Assembly: GCA_047495785.1 (NCBI GenBank)
Contig: JBLDXI010000036.1
Coordinates: 434,001-498,000, forward strand
Source: Lepidodermella squamata
Lineage: Eukaryota; Animalia; Gastrotricha
DNA: 64,000 bases
Direction of reading: 5' to 3'
The position numbers were made by a program, and so were the translations under genes. Position 1 is the first letter of the stretch. Each line of letters starts with the position of its first letter. Of the stretch, positions 25,751 through 38,218 are shown piece by piece. The notes under the pieces are model-generated. The model was given only the letters and a program-made list of their open reading frames with translations, ran no database searches and was not told the origin of the DNA.

Positions 25751-26448
25751 CTATTAACGCCGGTTTAGGCTGTTTATGATTCCAGTCATGATTTCTCCTA
25801 GAAACAGGAAATTCCACAAATGATTTTCTGAATCCGTTTGTCTCTATCTAACTAGGATCAGCATTTGATGGAACCCCTCACCTCGGATCCCCGAGGGGGT
25901 GAGAGCAATAAAGCTCGGCGACTGAATTTATGCAGATTTAACTGATTCGAATAATCATGAGAAGTTCAAGATTCAAACATTGATACGTCGGGATGAATTA
26001 TTGTAACAACTCGGGGATCTCAATCTGAAGGCTTTTGTCCCTTCCCCCTGAAAGTCGCACACCGAGTTCCGTAATATTTCCCCAAATACAAATAATTTCC
26101 CCCAGTTTTTACAAAGGTTTCCTGAAATTGTATGACGACGAAATGGACCGACGAGATGACGAAGCACCGAAGAAAAGTATCACCGGTTCAAAAACTAGCT
26201 ATTTGCACATGCGCTACGATCCGGCCAATGCGATAACAACTCGAAAACAATATTGTTATGAATCCGCTTATTGAATCAGTCGCTCTCCTACCACTCAGCG
26301 CTACGGCTAAGACTGCTCTATTATCAATTATGGTTTATGCTAACCATGCCAATGACTGACAAAAGGATCTTCGAGTTGACCGAACGAGCTCAGTTCATTA
26401 ATTTTTCATTAATTTATTTTCATCTTTTTAATCATCTTTCATAAAGTC

Positions 26449-26799
26449 ATGGCGAATCTTGCTTCTGTCACCGCTTTTCTGGTAAAATCAATTATCCCTC
26501 TCATTCACATTGAAGGTATTGAATTGCTTCATCGAACAGGTTGTACTCAGCATCGTCTTGGCATCCGCTAATGCTTATATAAAGAATGGAGATGGATGCA
26601 TCTTCCGTGGGCACAAACTTGGCTACTACGAGCTGAATACAAGGACCAACGAGTGGGAGTGCATCATGAAAATGCAAGGACGCAAAGCTGCGCGGTGGGG
26701 AAAGCAAGCAGAGGAGACTTCTTCTACTGCCTAACCGATGAATTGGGATCAAGCCATTGGATAATACGGCAGCACAAATCAATATGCGTCAAGAACTGA
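26449..26799 (+). CDS. Secreted Cys-rich peptide precursor, copy 3 (second peptide apparently frameshifted)
   Basis: MANLASVTAFL|VVLSIVLASANAYIKNGDGCIFRGHKLGYYELNTRTNEWECIM..., stop at 26734. A second Cys pair (YCLTDELGSSHWIIRQHKSICVKN) lies in another frame. Confidence 0.65.
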
Positions 26800-27914
26800 A
26801 TCACGAAGCTTCCAGCTTCTACCGACTAAGAGATGAATATGACTTAAAAGTGTGAAGTTGCACGTATCTCCAATCTACGGCAGTTAATTGAATAAATTAT
26901 ACGGCATCTTGTCCTGCTGTCTTTCCTTACTATTAAAATCTTACATCAAGGCTTGTATCCTGCATCCAAGGCTAGGACCTACGGCGCCGAAGCTTGATAT
27001 GATAGAATATTTTCCTAAGCACTGGCCATAGATAAATAAGTGAGAAAACATAGGAAACTCCTGCCTGAGAATGTTCCGCAGTTCGGCGAAATCGTTGAAC
27101 GCTCGTCCATTTACGTTGAATCGAAATTTTGGCATTTTTTCAAGGGGTCTTCCTGTTACCGGAACCAAATTTACAGTGAGCGGAACCAAATTTGCTGTAT
27201 CGGAACCAAATATGCTGTTAGCGGAACCAAATTTTAGAATTTTCTAGTGGCCTGAAATCGCTTTTCGGATATTTATTGCATGTCAAAATTGGCCGCAATA
27301 AGTCTAGAAAATTCACCAGTGAATTCAGCGCAACATTCTATATAAGACGCAGTGTTCAATTCAGAATTCATGCTTAGTCATGCTTAGCGGCGCTTCTTCC
27401 TTTTAAAGAACTGTCAGCCTACCGAGCTTGGATCGGCGCAATATATGTTTGTTAGAGTCAATGGTATGGTAGCCGAAAGATGATGCCGAGTCAATGCGCC
27501 GAGCAACTTATTTTAGACTCGTTCGAATTCTGCAAAATGGAGGGAAACCGCGTGAACCGCGGGCAACCCGAAAGGGCCCAAGTTTAATTCTCGGAAATGA
27601 TTTTCCTGCCTGTGCTCAGCTTCAGTTCGCATGTTAGTTTCTCGTCAGTGCTTAAGAAACCCTTCAATTTGTTGAATCAGTCTCTCAACCGCCGTTAATT
27701 TGCTGGTTGATAGCTTTGTTATGCTCACTTGATCATTGCCACTTGTCTAGTCATAATAGGCTGTCTAGGCAAACATTCGAACCGATTGTTGACGTAGACA
27801 TCGAATATCGAATGACTGGCTGAGTGCTTATAAAGCGGCACAACTCTGCTCAGTTCATTATTCAAATTTCTTTCTTTAAGATAAAGTCGAAATATTCTAT
27901 TCAATTTATTACTC

Positions 27915-28257
27915 ATGGCAACTCTCGCATTGGCTATCGTCGTTTTGGTAAGAAGTCACTTTTATTAAGTGAATCATAGCCTTTTTATGTTTTATATCCT
28001 TACAGGCCGCTGTTAATCTCACGGCATTCGCTATGCAAAAGCAAGGAGATCCATGTTTCTTTCACGGCGGTATTCCTGGCATGTGGATGCCAAACTCTGA
28101 GGGCTCTCTGACTTGCAAAATATCTGGCTTGGGCCGTGCGGAGGCTGAGACGAAAAAAGTTATTGTCAAGTGCACTACTGCAAGCGGCAATCCTGGTACG
28201 ATCAAGCGCATTGGTAACTTGGGAATTAAACAATGTGTTGCATTGAAAAAACATTAA
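27915..28257 (+). CDS. Secreted Cys-rich double-peptide precursor, copy 4
   Basis: MATLALAIVVL|AAVNLTAFAMQKQGDPCFFHGGIPGMWMPNSEGSLTCKISGLGRAEAETKKVIVKCTTASGNPGTIKRIGNLGIKQCVALKKH; same intron position as the other copies. Confidence 0.8.
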
Positions 28258-30712
28258 GCTGATGGAGGACACAGTATGGAGAAATGCTGCTGGGGGGAGA
28301 GCAGGACACAAGAGAATAATAATGTTCACTGTTGCGATGAAATGATATAATAAAATTACATGATGCGGCACATAAAAGTTAATCCACAGTAAATCACCAA
28401 GTTTTCAAATCAGAATTTCTGATGAGTTCAGGCATTAATTAGTGCCTGGAGATGTATCCAGGCGATTGTTTCGTTGAGCAGCAAGTGTCCAGACGGAAAT
28501 AATCGGGTGCTCAAGAGGTCGCGTAATGGTCTAGGGTCGAACTCCTACGTTCTATCCCAGTTGCTAATTTTTACGTCTAGCTGGGTCAGGGTCAACGTCT
28601 GGCTGGATCCTGTGGAATTTAAACAAATGCAACACAATTTAGCTGCAATTCTCTGACAACCCAGCCCCCTCTCGCCGAGCGTTTACTATCCTGGTGTGCG
28701 AATTACCGGGTTACATGTACTGTACCTAGATCGGAGATGGACCAACGACCAGGGTGCGAAGTACAGAAGTGCGGGATTAGCATCAGGATTCCAAGTAGAG
28801 TAATGGTAAAGAAACCACAGGGGAGACCCTTTCTATTCTTTGGCCAGGTGCTGGAAAACCTATTAGTTCCAGGATCCTAACTAATTAAAACTCCACGGGC
28901 CGGGTTTTGGCGGGTACGGGTCTGGTTTTCAAAACCCGTATTTTGCGTTGGTGAGGCATACAATAAAGTTTTAACGACGGCGAGAGCGAGAAGTCAAGTA
29001 GATTCCGTTCCCTGCGACCTGAAACCTGAAACTTGCGACCTGGAAGCTACTCCTACTTCAGGCAAATTATCTTGTGAGTTTGGGTCTATTTCATCTGCTC
29101 TCAAAAAATGATTTTTCATTGTGAAATTCCATTTTATTTTCGGTCAGGTTCGGTTTTGTCAGGTTCGGTCCAAAGACCGCAAAATAAAGTAGCAATCTCA
29201 GTTTTGGAAGCTAATTCTACTTCAGGCAAATTATCTTGTGAGATTTGCATCCGAAAAGAGCAGAATTAACAAATTATGAATGTTTATACAAAGTGGAGGT
29301 TTCATAAAAAATAACCTATTAATGACGAACCCAGCAATGCCTTGCGCCCTCACGCCGCCCTCACGCCTCCACGTGACGGCGGCGTATTAGCGAATTAGCA
29401 CATTTTTTCTTTTTTTTCATCTCTCTCGGCGACTCGGCTCAGACAGTGTTAATTATTATGAACGCATTGCATGCAGACGCGTAACGTTAACCCAGGCCAA
29501 CTTTCACAGAATAATAGGTTTATCTTTACGCTTTACATAGAACTTGTGTGCGATAACAAAATTCGGTTTTACTTCTGCCATTGAAAATCCACCTTTTTAC
29601 GTTAACGGTTGGCAAAGCTGCAATACAGGTTAACAAGTGAAAAATAGGGTTTGGCGAAACCTTGACATCATGATATTTTCAAAATCAAAATCAATGAGTG
29701 AGGAGTCGAAAGATAAGTAGTAGAGGTCGAACGTCACCTTAATTTATTGGATTTCAGGGAGTGGTGGCGTTGCAGAGCAGTGGCACAGCCAAGTCGTAGG
29801 AGGATGCAGACACGCTGTGCAAAGGTGCCTCGAAGAGGCTGCCGATTGCCGCCGATTCCGCATCAATGCTGAGCCTTGCCACGCAGTTCCCAAATACTGG
29901 CAACATATTTCTTAACGCGAGAACTTCATACACCCCTATACACATTCACCCTTGGCGAACAGGCGATGCAGTCTGGTGGCTGGAATCAACAAACCAGTGT
30001 GCGAAGTAGGATCCGGGAGCTGAGCTTGTTTTCTAGGACACAGCCAAAGAGACCAAAGGGTCACATACTTCTGCACTCTCGGGAATTCTGAATATATTCG
30101 GATATTTACCTTTGATGTCATGTTCTTAGGTGTCGAAAAGCGGCCAGATGACTTCTACTATGCGGACTGCAACTGTTATCATGTGCTACAGAATGCCTGG
30201 CATCAAAGCCATCTGAGCAAGAACAAGACGCAACGATAGACTTCCCAGTTTCACTACAAACTAGTCATAATTTTCCCTTGCAAAGCAGAAATAGCGTTTC
30301 AATCGGAACTTGAAACTGTTCTTCATTCACGTACTACGTAAAGGAGAATAAACTCTTGCATTTGCCTGATGCTAAGCTGTAAATTGCCTCTGTGAAACGA
30401 CATGTGGTTGCAAATTGTCAATTTTAATTTCACGAATATTATTTTTATAGGCTAATATTGCGAATATTTCGTAGCTGGTAGCTTCAGTTTTCGGTATTAG
30501 TGCTAACTACTAGCGCCCACGTATGGATGAACCTAGGCATATACATGGATGACTCCAATATTTGCCTTTTGTCTACGGGGCTCAGTTCTAAGTTGCATGT
30601 GAAAAACTCCCTCTATACGCAACACTTTGCAGCCAACATCTATAGAGCTCGATCGGATCATCAAAAAAGTAAAATGTTAGCGGGCAAGGCACTTATTGTA
30701 TTAGCCGCACTC

Positions 30713-30743
<31 letters not shown>

Positions 30744-30859
30744 TGGGCGCCAGCCGAGCCAATGACAGGAAAAGTGCTCATCGAGTAGACCGAACAAGCT
30801 CAGGTCATTAATTAATTTCCATTCTCTAAAAACACTTCCCACATATCATCCTCAAAGTA

Positions 30860-31174
30860 ATGGCTAAGCTGCTTTTAATCATCGTTATTCTGGTAAAATC
30901 GCCTTTTCAAATCCTAAATTCACATTGAAGGTGTTTTACACTTTTCTAACAGGCTGTGTTCAGCACTGTCTTGGTATCGGCATGGATATCATGGGGCGAC
31001 AGCTGCTATTTGGGCAGGAAAAGAGGAAACGGCCACTACGAAAAAAATGCAAGTGGCGACCGATGGGTGTGCATCCCGGGTCCGAAGCCGATTACCACAA
31101 CAGCGGCAAAGCCGACTTCGACAAAGGCTCCCGCGCGGCGTGCACCATCCGCCACAACGAGAAGGTCCGGTTGA
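30860..31174 (+). CDS. Secreted Cys-rich peptide precursor, copy 5 (one Cys loop plus Thr/Pro/Ala tail)
   Basis: MAKLLLIIVIL|AVFSTVLVSAWISWGDSCYLGRKRGNGHYEKNASGDRWVCIPGPKPITTTAAKPTSTKAP... Confidence 0.7.
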
Positions 31175-32293
31175 ACGTTGGTGGTGATAACAGCAATCTA
31201 AATCAGATGACCTAGGATGAGAAGATGAGGATACATGAGACGAGGTCCTGGAAAGCCCGAGGTTCAATTTTAATATCACAGATCGCCTGTATAGTGTTTG
31301 ATGAGTCAGCTTGAATAAAGAATAGGTTTTGTCTTGCTATGATGCTTGACTCGTCTTCGCCAATTCAGTGTCATCCTAAGCTAGCGTGGTGACGTTCCAC
31401 CTCTATTACCTATCTTTCGACTCCTCATTCATTGATTTTGATCAAAATATCATGATGTCGAACCCCATTTTTCACTTGTAACCTGTATTGCAGCCTTGCC
31501 AACTGTTAAATAACGTAAAAAGGTGGATTTTCGATGGCAGAAGTAAAACCGGATTTTGTTATCGCACACAGGTTCTATTTAAAGCTATAATTTATTTTTT
31601 ATTGAGCCTCCACTTCGCATATACATTCATAATTTGTTCATTTTGCTTTTTTCGGATGCAAATCTCACTAGATAATTTGCCTGAAGTAGACTTGCGCAAC
31701 CGAGAACGACCGACGATTTAGTGGCAGCGAAGACGGCGGCCGTTGGTATACCAAGCTTTATCGGACTCACTGCCAAATTTCGCCTCATCTTCGACAACTC
31801 GATAATGACCGCGCTACCCGCGTTTCCCAACCTGCGATATGCTGGGATGGAGGTGCCGGAAGGCTCAGGCGATTGTAAGTGGCTATAGCATAAGTGATGT
31901 GACATAAGTTTTTCTTTCTAGGTGCTTATTTTGACGGCTCGCCTTACCCCTCCGCCCCATCATTGCGATTCCGAGCGTGTACTGACGTAATCAGCCACGT
32001 TATCTGCCAGGACGCGGCCACGGTTAGTTGGAGTCTATAAACACAAGAAACAAAAAACACAAGAAGAACCCTTTATCGGAAAACATCAGGCCGGAAAATT
32101 CTTAGTGGCTCAGACCTGGCCAACGTAGTGCTAGAGATCGCTGATCGGCCTGACCAGTGGATCGAAATCAATTCTTCAAGCTGGTCAGGATCATAGCCAA
32201 ACAATGCCAATGCACAAATTCACATCCTTTTAACTCACAAATCTTTCTACACAACATTGAGGTCTGGCGATGTATGGGAAATATTTCTTAGCT

Positions 32294-33580
32294 TCATTCT
32301 AGCATCTTGCGGCCATAATATAAGATGATCGCCGAAACTGTGAGAAACGCACTCGTCGCCACTAGAACATCGATGATTCTCAGCAGTCTAAAACCTTTCG
32401 AACCGTCCCTTCTCCATAGACGAGTTTTACCGAATTTATGCTCGCTGAGAGTAAGAGTGACCAAGGCGTAGATAGTGATTAGGCCACAGATAACGTTAGC
32501 GCTTATCAAGATGTTGATCAGATAAATTTCATCGGCGGTCCGTGGGATGAGGGAGTCGACCAGCGCTAATAGGACTGAAGTCGCCAGGTTGACTGTAATG
32601 CAGAAGTTTGGCCTATCAGGGTGTCGCGGGTCCATGATCAGAGCTGAAATTTGCAAGATGAACAGGGTCGAAGAAGGGACGAGAACATTGCCAACGTAGT
32701 ACTCATGCTTCCGCTTCAGCATCAAGTTGATCGTTGCATGTGGATATGTCTTCGCATTTGAAAGCGATCCGTTGAACTCGATAAACTGCCAAATTTCGTT
32801 GTTGCGCAGAGGCGAATAAAGAACATCATAGTGTATCAACTCGATTTTCAAGTCAACTTCATTCGCAAAGTTTTCATTCTCAAACTCAAAAGTGCAAGTT
32901 GCGGTATCGAATGGGAATTTCGTATACTTGAAAAAGAAACAGCTGGTTGTGAACGGACGCACTGTGTAGATGAGAAACCTTGGTTTAGGACCAACAAATG
33001 GTTGAACTTTGATTAATCTCTCGCTGGAAGTGCTGCGATAAAAGCAGTTTTTCAGCAATATATAAACGCTTACTATCTTAACGGCCGAGATTCGCCAACT
33101 GCGTTCAAGTGCTGCATGTCAGGCCACCAAACTTGATCGACTGGAACTTCGAATTGAACTCGAGATAATTGAGTAATGTTGAGTTTTTTGTAACCAGGCC
33201 ACAACTCGCTTCTGATATCACGATCGCACGGAATCTCCCAAAATATGCGAAGCGACATCGTTGCCGTTAAACTAGACAAATTGGTTGTGAAGCACAAATT
33301 CCCATAATTTTTCATAATTTGTTGCATACCTCATATCGAGATCGCTAACATCCTTAATGTAAGCAAGACTCAAGTGGAGGTAGCTGTTTATCGGCTGTGA
33401 GAAATTATCCGTCTGCTGGTGATATTCCGCGGGTAAATTTCCAGCTAGGGCGATGGGGCACAGCTCGAAAAAGCGCTTTTTCATAGCGTCGGGTTCGTAC
33501 TTTTTACTAGACACTGAATGCATGAGCGCCCAAAAAATGAGTGCATTGGAAATCTGCATCAGAATTCGCACACTTGACAA
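32294..33580 (-). CDS. Divergent Cys-loop ligand-gated ion channel-like subunit, 3 exons
   Basis: Signal peptide, VWWPD (loop A WxPD), Cys-loop CFFFKYTKFPFDTATC, LKR..YY..N.LVP into M1, four TM segments with a short M3-M4 loop. Introns ~33272-33329 and ~33033-33073. Confidence 0.8.
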
Positions 33581-33754
33581 ACTTCTTCAATGTTGATGAA
33601 AAATTCGACCTGTTGCTAGTCAAGTGAGGAGGGCTGAAAGTCGATCAAAATGCTTCCATACACGTGGGGCGAATATCCACCGGAAATTGACTATGCCGCC
33701 GAACCTTCGACCCGCACTTTTTTCGATTTTAGTTGCAATTTATTACCGAATGCA

Positions 33755-34164
33755 AGTAGTTAGGAGGGGGAGGGGTGATTCCCCCTGGACCATGACCAAA
33801 GTGACGGTTAGGGTTAGGGTTAGGGTTAGGGGGAAGAATTGCCCCTCCGGGGATAGAAGTCAAATTTGAATTAACCCCCACGGTGTCTGGAGGGGTGGAA
33901 ATGTCCCGAAGGTGTCTGGAGGGATTGAATCGTCCCCACGGTGTCTAGCGGGATGAAAATGTTCCCGATGCGTCTAGCGGGGTTGATTTGCCCCAACTAT
34001 GTCTAGAGGGGCGGAAATGTCCTCACGGTGTCTGGTGGGGTTGAATCGCCCCAACAACGTCTGGAGGGTTCGGATCGCCCCACAAAATCTAGCGGGGTAA
34101 AATAAGTGTCATTGACCTGTAAAACAATACATTCCAAACCGTTTTATTTTACACCAAAACAAAA
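33755..34164. repeat. Maverick left terminal inverted repeat, containing (TTAGGG)4 and 8 x 29-bp subrepeats
   Basis: Reverse complement of 51572-51981 with only a few mismatches. Confidence 0.95.
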
Positions 34165-34203
34165 CAGGTTGAAACAGGTTGATAGATCATAAAACGATTT
34201 ATT

Positions 34204-35443
34204 TTAGGATTCAAAAAGTATGCGCAAGCTGTATACATATGGCGCGTAATTAGTAGTAGTAGAGTGATGACGATAAATCGAACGGTGCGTGCGCAATTTT
34301 CGGAAAAGAATTTTACGTGTGGAGGGATTGCAGCGTTCGAGTAGCAGTGAGATCAGTTGGGAGTTTTTACTAAACATCACAACATTGAAAATACTGCTGT
34401 GGTGTAGATCCACTGTTGCTGACCAGTAATCACGATACGCTAGATGTGGTCGCATGACCAAAAAACTCCGGAAACGTTGAATATCGTCAGGTGATATTGA
34501 CGCAGTATTCAGCATTTTGATGAGAGACGTAGCCTGTGATATGATAAAACGATAAGATGAAAACCCACTCAACAAGGTAAAACATACTGCAGCCATGTTA
34601 CGTTGGTAATGCGGCGTAATGATACGCAGATCCTTTGCGTCGGAGCCTTCGAAGAAAGTTTTCGGGAATCTTTCCTCGGGATACACACGAGTAATATCCC
34701 ACGGCATGACATAACATCCACCACGGGGGTAGTCGACTAAGCAGTTCCAATCAGTGTGATATTTCTGGAACATCATAAAATAATAGCAAATCAAAGCGAG
34801 TTGAAACATACCTCGACCGATTTGTAGTCATTATACCATTTGACTGGGGGTGGAATCAGGTAATTAAAATTCGAGTCCAATAGTGTTGAAGGCGGCCAGG
34901 TCTTACGGATTGGAGGTTTCAAAACGTCGAGCATCTGAAATATGAAAGGAAAAATGAAAACAACCGAGAGATATGAGTAAATCAACTTACTTCAGGACAA
35001 GAACTGCTAATGATGCGAACAATCCACCAAGGTCCACAAGTTATCAGATCATAGTCTTCGTAATTTTCAAGGCTGGTAACTTTTTTGATGAATTCCTCAC
35101 GCGTCATCTTTCCGACATCACGCACGTCGCCATGGTAAAAATGATATGCAGTCGATGCAACGAAATTCTCGCGGAAAAGTGGTTCAGACTTGAATGCCAA
35201 GGCGAAACGATGGATGGATGATCGATCTACTCGGCATCGAATTAATTCATAGCCTTTCGCTTCACCGAATTGTGCTTTGACCATTTCCTCCCAGCAAAAG
35301 CTGCTCGAGATAATTGTATGCCATTGATGGCACACCAACGTGCAGACTTTGAAAACTTCCTCAGTGTCTAGGTAGCTCAAAATTTGAGCCGCAAGTTCTG
35401 CGGTAAGCTCAAAATGTAAGAAATTCATAAACAATTTAGACAT
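34204..35443 (-). CDS. Maverick cargo: F-box protein, 3 exons
   Basis: N-terminal LTAELAAQILSYLDTEEVFKVCTLVCHQWHTII (F-box). Introns GAA|GTAAGT..TTTCAG and GAG|GTATGT..TTCCAG join ORFs 34982, 34791 and 34204. Confidence 0.75.
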
Positions 35444-35768
35444 TGTAACTTGGAATTGCTAGATCACTGAGCAAGGCTAAAGTAATACGGCTACTGCTCC
35501 TACCAAAATAAGTTTCCGGATACTCGGGACATGTGCCAACGCCCGCTGATCGCACTTTCTCATTAGTGAGCGGTGCGCTGTACTCATTAAGGGCTCATTA
35601 TTGTACCCGGTAGAAGGTGCTGGTTTACTCATACTCATTAACTGCGAACCAAGTTGATCCAAATAAACCAGTGTGATTTAATATTTATTTGAAACCAAAG
35701 CAAACGAGTGGTGCCACCACCACCACCGCCGCCAACACAGGTTAACAGAAATGTCTATGCGATGGTAA

Positions 35769-36806
35769 TTATTCATATATGATATTATCCCAGTCAAGGG
35801 CTGTTTCTACAACATTAGCAGGCGTTGTTAAAAATCCGAAAATTGGTCGTTCCGTTTCAGGCGCTTGCATATTCGCAGACTCGCCAACAGCGGTTAATGT
35901 GGGAGTAGCTGTCGACAAGTGTTCCTGTTGATTAGCTAATGCTTTACCAAACTTGGTTCGCTGTAGACCTGCAATAATTGGAAAAGATCCTTTTGCTACC
36001 ATGTCCAGAATGGGCTGGTACAGCATTTTAGCGCTCCGTGAGTAAGAACTCGGAGCAGTTGAGACAACTTCAACTAGAGTTTCAATAGGTATAGGAACCG
36101 CGGGTCTATCAGGAGCTCCCTGAAAGCTGATCGATTTACCGTCAGGATTGAGATTGTAAATTGAAGTTGACGGTTTTTCTCGTAAATGGTTAAGCAGGCC
36201 AGCAACTCTTGGTTTGACGTGACTGGGTAGGCGCGATAATTGCGATTTGAAGAACTTTTCCGCCGCCGTCGCTTGCCCAGATGGGTCAACTGAAGCTGTA
36301 CTGGGCTCAGTGGGACCTGAAGGTGCAGAAGCAGTTTCATGTCCTTGATAAGCGTCCCACTGCGGTTGAGCTTGCGCTGGTTGAGGACGGTTCGCAAACC
36401 TCATATAATTGTGTTTCAACTGCTCCAATTCAGTGAAAAATTCATTATACAATCGAACAGTTTGTGTGTTTGTCACAGGCTGCTCAAGCGTAGATGATAG
36501 CTTTGACTCCAGCTCCTCCAATTTATCGAAAAATGGGCCATCGTGAAACTTTTGCTTAGTCAAAGCTCGGCGCTGTAGCAAGTCACTCGCGGTCAAAGAA
36601 TCGTCGCAATGGCGTGAATTAGAAGCAGGAGGAGGAGGAGGAGGGTGCTGATTAAAACCAGAGTCCATCGACGAAGTTGAAGGTGAAGAAGAATCCTGCA
36701 TTAAGAGTAGTTTACGGCAATGTTTTGCAGGTTTAGCCGGGGTAATTGCTGAGGGAGACGTTGCTGGCGTTGAATACATTACTCGTAGATCAATGATCAC
36801 CACCAC
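35769..36806 (-). CDS. Maverick uncharacterised protein (345 aa)
   Basis: Long ORF directly downstream of the PW-like gene, with helical segments KLEELESKLSSTL..LYNEFF and LP..VKPRVAGLLNHL. Confidence 0.65.
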   Translation of the reverse strand: MVVIIDLRVMYSTPATSPSAITPAKPAKHCRKLLLMQDSSSPSTSSMDSGFNQHPPPPPPASNSRHCDDSLTASDLLQRRALTKQKFHDGPFFDKLEELESKLSSTLEQPVTNTQTVRLYNEFFTELEQLKHNYMRFANRPQPAQAQPQWDAYQGHETASAPSGPTEPSTASVDPSGQATAAEKFFKSQLSRLPSHVKPRVAGLLNHLREKPSTSIYNLNPDGKSISFQGAPDRPAVPIPIETLVEVVSTAPSSYSRSAKMLYQPILDMVAKGSFPIIAGLQRTKFGKALANQQEHLSTATPTLTAVGESANMQAPETERPIFGFLTTPANVVETALDWDNIIYE

Positions 36807-37194
36807 GAAGAGATAAAAGTCGCTCTACTATTGTAGGTAAAACACTTGCAGCGGCTGAAATTAGAAGAGGAATGAATGGACCAGAACCTTTTTGGATTAG
36901 ATAATTCCGGTTGGAATCAAGTGATTTGCTGCGAGAAAGTTTCGTTATGTCGCCTTTATATGCTCTGAGTCTACGTATGGTTTTTGGCTCGCCTGCCAAT
37001 TTCTTACGGAGCAGATTCAAGCAGATTTCCGACAGTAGAGCTACAACGCTAACTGGGGCTACCGCCAAAAGACGACGCCTCTGGCTCGGTGGTGATTGAG
37101 ATAGCAGCTTGAAATAGTCGATCGTTCGACTTTGTTTAGCCAATCGAATGTTAGCTAGACGTTTGTCAGGTTGAACCTTTTTATTTTTGACCAT
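36790..37194 (-). CDS. Maverick PW-like basic protein
   Basis: LSEICLNLL...LR.YK...LIQKGSGPFIPLL pattern, including a QxGxG adenain-type cleavage motif. Confidence 0.7.
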   Translation of the reverse strand: MVKNKKVQPDKRLANIRLAKQSRTIDYFKLLSQSPPSQRRRLLAVAPVSVVALLSEICLNLLRKKLAGEPKTIRRLRAYKGDITKLSRSKSLDSNRNYLIQKGSGPFIPLLISAAASVLPTIVERLLSLRGGDH

Positions 37195-37267
37195 TTAAGC
37201 AACAGAAAGCAAAATCAAGTAGTAGTAGCGCTAATACTAAGATTGTGCCAATGTTAATGTTTATGCC

Positions 37268-38141
37268 TTATATACTTATCGGTAGGTTAAGCGTAGGTAC
37301 ATCCTCAACTTTCACGAAAACGTGGCCGTTACGATTTCCAATGAAATCCCTGAAGCGTAAAAAAGGTGGGCACTCGGTTGTGTTGTCAATCACTAGATAT
37401 CCGTAAGGCCTGCTTGTTGCAATCTCGAAACTTTCTATAAAATATCATATGATAAATCATACGTTAATAAGTTCAAATGGTCTTTGATTTACCTTGGAGA
37501 AAACGCCAGTCCTTAGCCATCATTTGTCTAGCTAGATGGCTGAACTGTGTCATATCGCATGGAGATCGAAATACCACAATATATCGAGCATTTAGCGCCA
37601 AATCTCGCGAGAATTTACCTCTAAGGAATTAATGAAATAATTAGAAGATCATAATTTGGAATCAAGATTTGGGAAGCAACTTGGGAAAAAGGTTGTTCTG
37701 CGTCATAATTACTGAAATTCGACTGTGATGAGACCCTCGATAGAACAGTTCGGCAACCGCTTTCAGATCTCGAGCATCGGCATAATTGTCATCGAAAATT
37801 ATCAGTGTATGGTTGAATCGATGTCCTAGCATGTAATCAGCTTCATGAAATGAAGCGATGTCACCTCGAAACTCGATTGGAATTCCCCGAACAGCTAGCA
37901 ATTGCCTACTCAAATCCTGATGGCTTGGCTGAGCAATTCCGCGATACCATACACAACGATCAATAGGTTTATCGAAAGATTCAGGATAAAGCAGGATGTC
38001 AGTCAGTAATGTTGACTTGCCTGCGTGGCTCGGTCCTGTACTTGGAAATGAATTGAAACAAAAATGTTGTCTAATGATGTCTTTAAAACCTGAAACAATA
38101 ATTGTGCAAGGTGACTTGAAAGCCGTCGAAAAGCATACCAT
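37268..38141 (-). CDS. Maverick genome-packaging ATPase (A32/FtsK-like), 4 exons
   Basis: Spliced: TIIVSG|PSHAGKST (Walker A), LIIFDD (Walker B), SHHSRISVIMTQNNLFPK|GKFSRDLALNARYIVVF...LARQ...FLQ|ESFEIATSRPYGYLVID. Confidence 0.93.
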
Positions 38142-38218
38142 TTCAGAAATTTTAGGCTAATCGGTTAATTTATGAGCTCAACGAAGTTATTTACATATTA
38201 CTATTTTATTATTGCTAC

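Noticed and set aside
30500-30811. Poly-Pro ORF
   Set aside because: Explained by a (GCC)n microsatellite upstream of peptide copy 5; no other coding evidence.
33808-33831. Chromosome end or telomere fusion
   Set aside because: Only four units, present symmetrically in both TIRs, internal to a TSD-flanked element.
33876-34105. Regularly spaced repeats resembling a CRISPR array
   Set aside because: These are contiguous 29-bp degenerate tandem units without unique spacers, inside a eukaryotic TIR, with no cas genes.
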